A stretch of DNA of 64,000 nucleotides from Basidiobolus meristosporus CBS 931.73. Lineage: Eukaryota; Fungi; Basidiobolomycota. Where the stretch lies: NCBI GenBank assembly GCA_002104905.1, contig MCFE01000291.1, forward strand, positions 1 to 64,000, in the 5' to 3' direction. Under the pieces are notes generated by a model. It did not search any database, was not told the DNA's origin, and saw nothing but the letters and a program-made list of their open reading frames with translations. A program made the position numbers and the translations under genes. How positions within the stretch are numbered: position 1 is the first letter of the stretch; every line of letters begins with the position of its first letter. Positions 26,255 through 37,898 of the stretch are shown in pieces.

Positions 26255-27786
26255 GCATTCCAAAGTTTTCGGTCAATTTCTAATCTTTAATGATTATTTT
26301 TAATAAATGAGTATAATACCGTTAATATTTAGACCAGCACTTGGTTACACTCGTTCATGATGCGGTGATGTGAAGTAGTAACGGATTTTAGGAAACAATG
26401 CACAAGTACATGGATTACTCAGTCATTCGTATTGGGATTAGAGGTTGGCCAAGTATGGGCTCAATTTAGATAAATTAAGGTTGTCATTTACCTGACAAAA
26501 CGGGTGAGCGTGGTCACGTTCGCAATGATGCACGCTTAGCTCACAGTACCTGCATAGGAAGTGGGACGCCTGTTCCTTTTGTGCATTTCAAGATGGCATG
26601 TATCGATACGTATCCCTGTATGTCTAGCTTATGTATTTATGCCTGAACTTGAGCTCAGATGATTGGATGGTGTCCCATGTGAATGCAGACCCGGTTTTCG
26701 TTGGTCAATATTCAAGTACGGTGCAGAACATGGTTGCTGTTGGCCTGGCGAAAAGGAATTTTCCCAAAGACACCAAGACTATGATCCAAGAAGGACTAAC
26801 CCCCTACTACAATTATTGTGCACCAAAGACTAGGGTCGACTTATGAATATACACAAAGGACAGGAGGAAAGATATACAGATTTAATCCTTGACTGAGAAG
26901 TGCTGATTGCATCATTCATGGCTACTATCACATTGACCATTGATAGCACCTCTAACATCTATAATAATCATTTTTAATCAAGTGGTTTATCCACAACATA
27001 CCATCAAACTGCCCACCTATGCTATATGTATTCACTAGTAGGTTGATTGCGATATCAGTCATGATCCAACCCCCAGTAGTTTCCCTTACTCATACAGCCT
27101 TTCCCTGGTATAAGCACGATCTATACAGCAGCCAAACTATAGTTGTTTATCTACCAGGAGCCTTCGAAACCTGGTATTGATGCTCTTTACTCTTCCGTTC
27201 ATCCTTATTTCTTGTATAGCAAGATAAGTACTTGCCTACATTGTACCCTCGCCGTTACTAATGCGACAGATCGCCGTTGACACACCTTCCTCTGGCTAGT
27301 TGCAAGAAGTCATGCAATACTTATTTGACGGAGTTTTTGACATCAGACAGATATCGTCATGTAATTGACCTCAATTAGGAATCAAGAAATCAATCATCGG
27401 AGATTTTCCTAGCACACATACAGTTTCATATTTTTCCCGACAACTGACTGGCTTTTTAGAAGGCTCCAATGGCAATGGTCAGGCAGCAACGTATCCTTCA
27501 ATATCTCCACCTCCTTGGCAGTACCTTTTCCAAGAGATAACCCCGGTTCTAACAACACAAGGTCTACTTTACAGAAGTCGGGCGATATTCACCAGTCTTA
27601 GATTGTCATTATTACCTCCAGTCAGGGTTTCTCGAGAGCTCCAATAAGCGAATATCACCTGCTGAGCCACATAATTCTTATCCTTGTCCATACTCATACT
27701 GGTAGGCAAAAGAAGCACAAGTTGGAAAGTTTTTCTACTCCGAAGGCTAATTAGTGTTGTTGGATTATTTATAGACGAAACGATAC

Positions 27787-28671
27787 ATGAGTACACAATA
27801 CTTGGCAGTTGCCAGCACATCCAAGGATAGCAAAGTCTTTGGGGAGAACAATGATACGCCCGAAACGTTAGGAGAACAAGAAATGGTAACTGTGTTTGCG
27901 GATCCGGTCAACTTCAATGTAAAACATCCGCTTCACAGCCAGTGGACTATGTGGTATGACAACCCGGGCAAGAAAGCCAACCAAGCTAGCTGGTCGCAAA
28001 ATCTCAAAGAAATCGTTACCTTTGATACTGTCGAGGATTTCTGGGGGTAAGCTTTTCCGCAGATACCGTAGCACCCCCAGCATGGCTTGATCTAATTTTC
28101 GTTCAACTCAATTCAGTATATACAACAATGTTGTTCGGCCAAGTGATTTATTACCAGGCTCAAACTATCACCTATTTAAGACCGGCATCAAGCCCATGTG
28201 GGAAGACCCTTCCAATGCCAACGGTGGCAAATGGGTAGTCCAGCTTCCCAAGAGGACTGGCGAGCATATCAACACACTTTGGCTGTACATTGTAAGCTTG
28301 TATCATGTCGAGTATCTGGATACAGTCACCAGTTAACGTTCATCCCTGTGTTTATCAGATGCTCGAGTGTATTGGTGAGGGATTCCAATACGAACACGAG
28401 GTATGCGGTGGAGTTGTATCCATCCGGAAAGGTTTTTATCGTATATCTCTATGGATGCGTATCGCCAACAACAAAGAAATTTGTGAGTCTATAGGGTAAC
28501 TATTCTCCGCCTTTCAATCAACGGCCGATGTTTCTAATGGACCTTTTCTGTACGTGTAGTCGTCATCTGAAATCCACACTCTCTCTCCAACCTAACCAGA
28601 CCATCGAGTTTCAATCACATTCTGACGCTGTCAAGAGCGGGTCGTGTAACAAGGATCGTTACACTTTGTAG
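27787..28671 (+). CDS. eIF4E: Cap-binding translation initiation factor eIF4E (class I), 4 exons
   Basis: KHPLHSQWTMWY, SW, TVEDFWG, YHLFKTGIKPMWEDPSNANGGKW, VCGGVVSIRKGFYRISLW; ends DRYTL*. Confidence 0.96.
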
Positions 28672-29494
28672 GCCTATTCTATCAGCAACCTCGCCCCTAA
28701 AGAATAATCTAACAAATGGGCAGAAATCACCCCTCCCGCTCGCTCACCAAAACAAGCCACAGGATCACTGTCTTTTACCCTTTTTGTGTTTTTGGAAATC
28801 TCTTTGCATTGTTCAAGCAGGAGCAAATAAAATATGTGTATTGGCAGCTCTAACACGTACCCTTTCCCCTTCATACTTCCTTCCCTAGCTGACATGCCCT
28901 AGGGTTGCTTAGTCACTGTTGGCCAGAAATTGGAAACAGCGACGACTGGCTCTACAAGTAAACACATTTTGCTCCTGTGACAATTATAAGCATTGTCTTT
29001 GGCTGTTCTTTATTGCAGAAGTTTGTACCGTCCGACCAATGGCTTTACAGATGTATTTACCACATGTATATCTCGGTCCAAGTGATTGATATGTGGCTTC
29101 GATGTTAGTGGGTAAATTTAGCCCAAGCGTGCCAGGCATTCTATGGATAATACTTGATGTCAACTATGATTAGGCCCATTCCAACCCCATATTTTCTTTC
29201 CCAAGCTGCATCCTATAAATAGTGTGATTTCCTCGGTTGAATATGTTGGGATTCAATATCGGCTTTGGCTAAAAATATCTCAATTCCTAACAACGATACC
29301 CGATTTCCCGTAGCATTTCGAATTGATCCAAACAATGTTTCGTGTGATGATAATCAACAATATACCACCCTTACACACATCCCCAATTCCAGGTTGGGCG
29401 GTTTTTTTACTCAGGAACTGAATTAATAGCACGGAAGCCTAGCGTTATCGCCAGATTCAGGTTTTTCTGCCTTTATTTTGCCCTCTTGTCTACC

Positions 29495-30355
29495 ATGTCT
29501 CTCGTGTCTGTAAGTACACCTGCCACCTGGCTTTTATCATCTTGTAGGCGCTTGGTTTCTAAACGTCTTTTTCTGGGATTCCCCCAATGTTTGCAACTGA
29601 TGTTAGGATCCTCAAATCGAATCCGCTTACGAAGATGTCAGAAATGGTACGTATTGCTCTGTGTTGTGGCAGTGAAATCATCAAGTTAATCATCCTTTTA
29701 TATAGATAAATCTGATACCAACTGGTTGACATAGGCTTCTATGTGTCGGTTATTTTTGAAGCTTACTAACTTCAAGCTTGATGTAGGCTTCTTCTGACCT
29801 ACGCTGCGGATAAGCGTGATGTACTTGAAGTCAAGGCTACAGGTATGCTAAAAGGCAGATGTAGCACCTCTTGCATTCTTTTCAACATGCTTACCTCTAG
29901 TGCTCAAACAGGAACTGGTGGTCTCTCCGAATTCGTTGACAACCTGGAGCCTGATCAGGCTGCCTTTGGTTATCTTCGGTAAATATTCTGACAGCAATAA
30001 TTTGATGTGAGCATCAACTGACATCTTCGTCCGTACCCTTTAGTATGGTCATTTCCAATGATGAATTATCTCAACGCGTCAAATTTGTATTCGTCTCCTG
30101 GTGCGGACCTGCCGTAAAGGTTATGCGTAAGGCTAAACTGAGCGTAAGCATGCTGCCTAGATATCCATAGTGCATGTTCCACCAGGTCTAATATCAACCA
30201 TCTAGGTTCACGTCTCTGGAGTTCGACAAGTACTCAGAAGCTACGCCATTGAGATTTCTGCCTCCGATCTTCACGATCTCGAGGAAAAGGAGGTTACCCT
30301 CTTGTTGAGAAAGGCATCTGGGGCCAACTACGATAGACAAAAGAGCGACTACTAG
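29495..30355 (+). CDS. Single ADF-H domain actin-binding protein (coactosin/drebrin-like), 7 exons including 15- and 19-nt microexons
   Basis: Spliced product MSLVS|DPQIESAYEDVRN|DKSDTNW|LLLTY..LEVKATG|TGGLSEFVDNL..QAAFGYLR|..SQRVKFVFVSWCGPAVKVMRKAKLS|VH..YAIEISASDLHDL..KASGANYD; intron phases are consistent. Confidence 0.85.
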
Positions 30356-30799
30356 ACCAAATACCTAGAGAATAGAGGCACATCTGTATATCGTCTGTCG
30401 AGTATTCTTTTGATTTCCCTTTAATTTCTTTCTTGGTTAATTAACATGGAAAGTGCTTGGCTAAGGAGTTCCATTTGTCGTAAAAGGGCATCTACCCGCT
30501 GAATTTAAATAAAATCCAGAGTGAAATTTATTCTTGATGGAGTGTTCGGCAATGCCGGTATTGCTCGCATTGCCAGGAAGAGAATCCTCGCCTTGACTCC
30601 GTACAAGATTAGGTATGAATGTTGACTAGCTCGCACAGCGTCAATGTGCCATTATATTGCATTCATCCAGTCAAAACAAATCAATTTATTGTACATTTGT
30701 ATCGGCTCGAACTGCATTGGAAGAGATGCATCCGACTTGCCTATATTTAACATAAACACCAGAGTTTGCTTGGTAGCTTCACATGAGATTGTTGAAATG

Positions 30800-31775
30800 T
30801 CATTCATTTGCGTTTGAAATCAGTCTTGGTTGACGATTTAATTTAAACTTCTCCTGTGTGACCCTCGTGGTCAAGTCCATCACTTTGGGACAATGGTAGG
30901 GCCTGATGCAATTGTGGCGCCTCTTTCTTCCTGACTGATGAAACCTTGACCATTGTTCAATACTCTTCGCCCTGTTGACTCCCTTTGAGGGCACATATGT
31001 GAGCAGCAAGGACCGTGCTTTTACTATGGGGTGATCATATAGCGACCTGTAGCCTCCATACAGAATGTACACTTGAGGAAATGTCAGCTGCGGGTAGACA
31101 GCAAGGTTGTGGACACGATCCAACGACCGGAGACGGGATGCCCTGGATTAAGTGAGTGGGTGAGTGCTGAGAGCGAGGCATGAGCAACATGAGCAGTTAC
31201 ATTTTGGGTGCTCGAAACTGAGAGTGCTCGCAGTGTAGTATTAATATAGGAGCTGTGGATCGGGCCAAGGCGTGACACTCCGCGAACCAAGTTTCCAGCT
31301 GCTCCAAATTACTTAGATTGATGGCGCCCGGTATGTGCCCACCATGATACTCGTATTCAAACCGACAATCAATGATCAAGAATTCGGAGTCGTAGCCTCC
31401 ATGATAAAGTTGGATAAACTACAATTGGATCAGGTACCGAATCAATGCGGAGTTCAATTTACACAACACTTACGGTTTCTGTTGAAATTCGAGGAAACGT
31501 ATCGTCGGCATGTGGGAACCACGGCAGTGTCAGTTGGGTTGTCTCTGCTGTCGGTAGCTCCGATGTGCGCGGGCTCGGTGTAGAGCTCTCTGGTGGTCGC
31601 GCAGATGGGCTAGGCGTTTCTTGACTACTCAATGTTAGCATGCAAGTTGTTCTCTTCACCGGACTGTGTCAACGTACCCATTGCTAGACGGCAGAGAGCT
31701 TAGCGCTAATGGCCCAGTAGGGGAATGATAGGGGCTTAGCGGAGTAGCAGACACCACTATGGAATGAAATGCCAT
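30800..31775 (-). CDS. Cdc25/Mih1-type rhodanese-fold tyrosine phosphatase, 4 exons
   Basis: FPRISTET|FIQLYHGGY..LIIDCRFEYEYHGGHIPGAIN...ILHCEHSQFRAPK|MASRLRSLDR..N..YPQLTFPQVYILYGGY; the HCX5R active site is present. Confidence 0.88.
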
Positions 31776-33452
31776 TTTGGATAACTCTTGAGCGCTCAGC
31801 AAAGTCCTCGATTTATATATGGATCCTGGTAAAACAAATGATGTATGTAAACTGGCTATCGATATGGGAATTTTTTGTTGTATAACACGCATCTTTTAAT
31901 ACATCTAGAGTAATGATAGCAGCTGAACTGTGCCGATAGAGGGGAGTATCTCTTGAAATATCATCGCTTCGTTTCTAGTTTCAATATCCTGGGATTCAGG
32001 TGCACATCAAGATACTACTTGATTGATTGCCCTCCCCATGAGGCAAATACCAATAGAATAAAATCCATGCTTTCTCTCAATTGACATCTCTATTTTGACG
32101 CGCCTCAATCCCTTTTTTCAATAGTCATGGTCACGTAGATCAATTTATGTTTATAGGAATCTATTGACGTTGGACTCAAAGAACGCAGCAAACTTGCCAT
32201 TTTAATAGCACGTCAATCATTTCAGTTTATTGACCACAAGAACAGGACTGTGGAATCCAAGTCCGATTCGGACTCCAATTCGATCACGGTTAATCGAAAT
32301 CGCACCCAGGAACCGTATCACAACTATCATTCTGGTATTGGCAGGCCAACTTGGAGGGTTTCGGTAGTTCGTGCATTCAACGAGATTACTGCATTCGTAA
32401 TACTTGAGTAGGGCGATCACGGGGCGTTTTTGGAAGAATTTTGTATGCACAACTGGTTGGCGAAATTCCTGATCCCTTAATAAATATCGGAAATCCGATC
32501 CCGGATTGATTGCGAGACTGGCGGGTTTTCCGAGGCTCATTCCGGATCACTTCGCCCCGCTTCATTCTGGAATTTTGATGCCTAAGCGGGATTGGTGTCA
32601 TGAAAAGCCAACGTATCGGAATGGAAATGGTCAACTAATGAGTCGGTAATGAATAGCCTATAAAAATCTCACAAAATGCGGAGAAGTTGACAAATTGGGA
32701 TTCGGTCCTCGAGGGTCCGGATTGAGCACAATTCTGAACTTTTATTTGTTCGGTTGATGGTTGCTGCATCCTAATATCCATACCAAAGGGCAGTTGTGCC
32801 ACCTGGGCTACTCCAATTCTCACCTGATATATCTCGAGTCGATGGAACACCCGAGACCTGCGTAACGGTCAGCATATCCATTTGACAGAAGTAATTTCCT
32901 GCAGATTCGGGGTGGACAACTCTACAGCATTCAAAGGTCATGTTACGTGGCCCAAAATGATAATCTCCTATTTGTCGACTCGACAGCCAAGCACAGCGGA
33001 GCCAAACAATCCGGCTAGCTAGGCTGATCAGGGATACTTGCTAGGCAAGGCAGATACTATTCGCTCCAGTATGGATTTCTTCCGTGCCCATCAGTTATTG
33101 CAGCTCTATCGGCTGGAGTTTGGCGGGTTGTGGGAATTCTGATTTCTGGATGACGTCGTTGCTGCCGAATATCTATGGGGGATCCCATTGCAGAATGATA
33201 TTAGAGTTCTACATGGATAAATTCTCAACTTTGAAACAGGTATAGCGCGAAAGGAAATTCATAATATACACATTCCGGATAATCAACCACCAATTCATCC
33301 CCACGACCAGTATCACCGAATAGCTGCTACGATATTATCTTCTATACACATGCGTAGTACCAATGGCAGGCGAACCACAACGGTCAATATAAATTACGTG
33401 CCAACGTTTCCTTGTTGACCAACGCACCCGTTCTCTTCTCATTTGGACCGAC

Positions 33453-34895
33453 ATGAGCCTATTCAGACAACCCGTCCTTCGCACTGCCTCCTTAAACAGA
33501 GCCTTGTTCAGAAGCTCTCGTAGAACACTCTTCACAAAGAAGACTCCCAAAGTGGTAACTGCCGATGAAGCCGTCACTGTGGTAAAGGACAACGACCGCA
33601 TCTATTTGCATGGTGTCGCTGCTTTCCCCCGCGCTTTGTCTCTGGCTCTTGCCAAGCGTTACGCAGAGCTCAAGAACGTGGAATGTATCCATATCCACAT
33701 CGAATCCCCAAATCCCATGTGTGCGTTGACCGCTACTACCCAGATGGCCGACCAATTCCCCGTTCCCCCAACTGTCGAGGACATGAGAAAGGCTTTCTTC
33801 GTCAACAATTTCTTTGTTGGTCCCAACCAAAGAGCCGCCGTTCGTGAAGGCTACTCCAGCTACGTCCCATGCTTCTTGAGCGAATTGCCCAAACTGATGC
33901 GCAAGGACATTACTCGTCCCAATGTTGCCATGTTGAACGTCTCGCCTCCTAACAAGCATGGCTTCGTGTCGCTCGGTGTCGAAGCCTGTACTTCCATCGC
34001 TGCCATCGAGACTGCCGATATTGTAATTGCTCAAATCAATCCCAATATGCCACGCACCCACGGTGATGCATTGGTGAATATCAACCATTTCGATTACATT
34101 GTTCCTGATGTGGATGAGAAGCTGCCAGAGCATTTCAGCGGCTCGATGACCAACGCCGATCGTGAGATTGGAAGAATCATTGCTGGGTTGATTGATGATG
34201 GCTCCACACTTCAAATGGGTATCGGTGCCATCCCTAACGCGGTTCTCTCCTCGTTGACCAACCACAAGAACCTTGGTGTCCACACTGAGATGTTCCAAGA
34301 GGGTTTGATTCCTCTTATGGAGAAGGGCATCATCACCAACAGAAACAAGAAGTTCCTTCCAGGAAAGGTTGTCACCTCCTTTGTTGTTGGCAGCAAGCGC
34401 CTTTATGACTTCATTGATGACAACCCAGAGGTTGCTTTTGTTGACGTTAGTGTCACCAACGACCCAGTTGTTATCGCCAGTAATCCCAAGGTAGCCGCCA
34501 TTAACGCTGCTATTGAGGTTGACATTACCGGTCAAGTATGTGCTGACTCTGTAGGAACCAGACATATCTCCGGTGTTGGTGGCCAAGTTGACTTTGAACG
34601 TGGTGCTGCCATGAGCGAAGGTGGTGTTCCCATCATCTGCCTTCCTTCAACCACCAAGGTAAAGGGCAACCCCGAGGCTGTTGGTGAATCCAAGATCGTT
34701 TCCACCTTGAAATTGGGAGCTGGTGTAGTTACCTCCAGATACCATGCTCATTACATCGTCACTGAGTACGGCTATGCTTACCTATTCGGCAAGAACTTGA
34801 TGCAACGTGCCAGAGCAATGATCGACATTGCTCATCCTGATCACCGTGAGGAACTTCACAAGGCTGCATATGAACGCTTCAAGGTCCTCGTTTAA
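33453..34895 (+). CDS. Acetyl-CoA hydrolase/CoA-transferase (family I, 4-hydroxybutyrate CoA-transferase/ASCT-like) with probable mitochondrial presequence, intronless
   Basis: 480 aa; Arg/Ser-rich, acid-free N-terminus (MSLFRQPVLRTASLNRALFRSSRR); LQMGIGAIP, LGVHTEMF, AAIEVDITGQVCADS, SGVGGQVDFERGA, VTEYG. Confidence 0.92.
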   Translation: MSLFRQPVLRTASLNRALFRSSRRTLFTKKTPKVVTADEAVTVVKDNDRIYLHGVAAFPRALSLALAKRYAELKNVECIHIHIESPNPMCALTATTQMADQFPVPPTVEDMRKAFFVNNFFVGPNQRAAVREGYSSYVPCFLSELPKLMRKDITRPNVAMLNVSPPNKHGFVSLGVEACTSIAAIETADIVIAQINPNMPRTHGDALVNINHFDYIVPDVDEKLPEHFSGSMTNADREIGRIIAGLIDDGSTLQMGIGAIPNAVLSSLTNHKNLGVHTEMFQEGLIPLMEKGIITNRNKKFLPGKVVTSFVVGSKRLYDFIDDNPEVAFVDVSVTNDPVVIASNPKVAAINAAIEVDITGQVCADSVGTRHISGVGGQVDFERGAAMSEGGVPIICLPSTTKVKGNPEAVGESKIVSTLKLGAGVVTSRYHAHYIVTEYGYAYLFGKNLMQRARAMIDIAHPDHREELHKAAYERFKVLV

Positions 34896-36199
34896 AGAGA
34901 ACCCCTTCCCCTACCACGAGTCAATCTATCACCAATCCCTTGCATTCATTCATTGAAGTCAACCATCATATTGTAAAAAACACAGTCATTAAATCAATGA
35001 TCCCACAATACAACCATTGACACTCCTGATCGGAGTTAAGAAACTTGGATATATATAGATATGGATATAGCGATGTTGGAGCTCGTATGTTTAATCATTG
35101 GGGCATTGAGTGACTTCCGTAATACCTCAAACCTTACACAGGTAGTTTGCTTCGGGTAAGCTCACCGAAGTCCAGCAACATCCCTTTGGATCTCACACTC
35201 AAATTGTTGCAACGAGTGCAATCCACATACATCACACAAGGCTCTCCGAACAATAAAGGGGAAGAGCCCAGAAACCCTACAGTAGGCTCATCATGGTTCT
35301 GCCGTACACCACTCCAAGTGGATATTAAGCGCCTTTCCAGGAGGCTGATTCTTTCTATTGTATAGGATAGGGCAGGGAGAGTCGTTGCACATGTAGTTGA
35401 CTTGTTGGAATTTGAAAGATCAAAGATGATTTGTTGTGCTAGATGAACCGATCTCGAAACTTTTGGGTTCTGTATTGCACTTTTGCACCTCAGCTTATAT
35501 TTCTATGTACACTAGATGCCAACGTGCTTACATGAAATGTGGCACCGATATCGTTGGCCTGAAACATCTACTAATCAGTTTGGGGGCGAGGTGTGCATAC
35601 TCCATGCATTCATCCACAGTAGTCACCTATCAATATGGTAACAATTTCATCTAGACACCCCTAGTAGTAGTTTCAACCCGGGGTTTCTGCTGATCTTGTT
35701 GGTAATATAGTCATATGGTGTTGTGTTGATATTTCAACACACTTACCAGTAACTGTATAGCATTGCTCATACTGTTCAAAAAGTTTGGCTATGGTTCATG
35801 ATTTTATTCATGGGTTCAAAATCAGATTCCTTGATTCTGGTACGCCTGCCTTAAGGTTTCGTTAAATAGCCTCCCACTTTCCACCTCCACTACATATACT
35901 TCTAAAGTAGATGCATTCATATTTGCGTCATATTTTTGAGCTACAATATATGCCTCATTTACATGTAAATAACTGGCATCCCATATACCATTTGTAGTTA
36001 CTAGTTTTCCACCTAAATAATTTGTGTACCAGAACTCTTCCTTTATAATTGCACAAATCTTGCATATTATTGTAGACCTCAGTTTGTATAATGTATACAA
36101 ATTCCCCGAATATTCCGGGGATTACCAGTAATTTCTGAATCATCCTAAAGATACCCAAACCTCACAGCTTTGGGGGCTTCACTCAATAACTATATGCTT

Positions 36200-36900
36200 A
36201 AATTCGACTCAAGAGCACAAAAAGCAAGAATCACACTTTCTAACCATAATTTCAACCACATCCATTATCATAACATTCCACCAGCAGAGCTTGCTCAGTG
36301 TACATTCTAGAACTGCAGCCTGAAAATCTGGTTTCTCTCTGCGTGATGGTATTCCAAGTACTAAATTCTAGACTTTTGGTGGGGTCATCAACTAGCACAT
36401 TAAATACATGGAAGTCTTGGCCAGCATTTTTACAAAAATTCTGATTCTTATTACTGCTTACCAGCTCAATCAATCTACTGATAAAAGCCACATGATTGCA
36501 CGGCTCACAATCACTCCCATATCTCTTAGCCATGATGCTACACTAACAGCCATAAACTATAGTCTGGCTATTGCATCAGAGAGCAGGAGCAGCTTATCTT
36601 CAAATATTGGAGATAAAACATAATTACACAAGCTATTGATTGCATTGTTGACAAGTTTTGCCAATATTACAGGTAATTGGACAAATAGTTGAGTAAGTAG
36701 TTTTCACTTAATAACTCATAATGTGTAAAAGTGAAGCTTATACTTCTTCAAGGTCTTGGCAGAACAAACACAGAGAATATGCGGAGAAAATGCTTAGGAT
36801 TATGTGTGCAGTGTTTGGGGGCTTTTGGTGAGCTTTGATGTCTATGACACCTACAATGTTAGCAAAAATATTCCATGTGCATTTCAATATATATTTGGGC
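36200..36900 (-). mobile_element. Decayed PIF/Harbinger-like DDE transposase fragment
   Basis: FANIVGVIDIKAHQKPP (36867-36815, cf. FPNCVGAIDGTHI), LMTPP (36391-36377), VLECTLSKLCWW (36313-36278, cf. VECAFGxLKxRW); CpG-poor and interrupted by stops. Confidence 0.45.
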
Positions 36901-37887
36901 TGGAAATGGTATATTTCATTAGCTTTAGTCCAAATGGTCATGCTAATGTATGCTTTTATGTATTGATACAAACCTAGCAATAAATCACACAATATCACTT
37001 CCCTGCTGAAAACTCTCAGTACTTAATAGCAAATATCCTGAGTGCTTTCATATATCTGAGAATTTTGAGTTTACACCCAGATCTTCCATTAACTTTTTTG
37101 GTCAGATTCTTGGAGATATTGAAATTGGTTGGGAGAATAGGTAGACTATGTGGTTTTCACTTGGTAACTTACTGAATGTAAATGTAGTATATATGTTATT
37201 ACATGGTTTTGGCAAAATAAGTATGTAGAATATGCTTGGGAAGGTCCCAAGAGCATATTTGCAAAGCTTGGGGCTGTTTGAGCAACTCTGAGAAATCTCA
37301 TGTTCTGGGTACCTGATATTTTGGCAAAAACATTTCAAGTAAGTCTAACAAGGAATTTGATCAGAATTCTCTAAGATATGTATGTTATAAGAGTCTTGGA
37401 GATATTGGAAGTGATTGGGAGGACAAGTAGATTATGTGGTTTTCACTTAATGATTTATTGAATGTAAAAGTAGTATTTATACTTTTACCTGATCTTGGCA
37501 TTACAAACACGTATAATAGGTTAAGGAAGGTCCCAAGTGTTGTAAGAGTCTTGGAGATATTGGAAGTGATTTGGAGAACAAGTAGATTATGTGGTTTTCA
37601 CTTAATGATTTATTGAATGTAAAAGTAGTATTTATACTTTTACATGGTCTTGGCATTACAAACATGTAGAATAGGCTAAGGAAGGTCCCAAGAACATGTG
37701 TACAAAGTTTGGGGCTGTTTGGACAACTTTGAGAATTTTCATGTTCTGGGTACCTGGTATTTTGGTGAAAATATTCTAAGTAAATCCCGACAAGGAATTT
37801 GGTCAGTATTCTCTAGGATTTGAAGGTGATGATCTAAGTGACTAAGTTAGGTGAATATTTAGGTGGAAAATACGAATTTTTACAACA

Positions 37888-37897
37888 CTCCCACTCA
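37888..37897 (-). other. Polypurine tract (TGAGTGGGAG) preceding the 3' LTR
   Basis: Plus strand ctcccactca lies directly beside the LTR; a similar ttcccactc follows the old LTR at 18541. Confidence 0.85.
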
Positions 37898-37898
37898 G

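Noticed and set aside
26880-27560. VRGAINGQC (Harbinger-like) and KVDLVLLEPGLSLGKG protein-like fragments
   Set aside because: Isolated short matches without supporting neighbouring motifs.
33492-34586. 364-aa antisense ORF opposite the CoA-transferase
   Set aside because: Fully overlaps a strongly codon-biased gene, which suppresses antisense stops; no recognisable domain.
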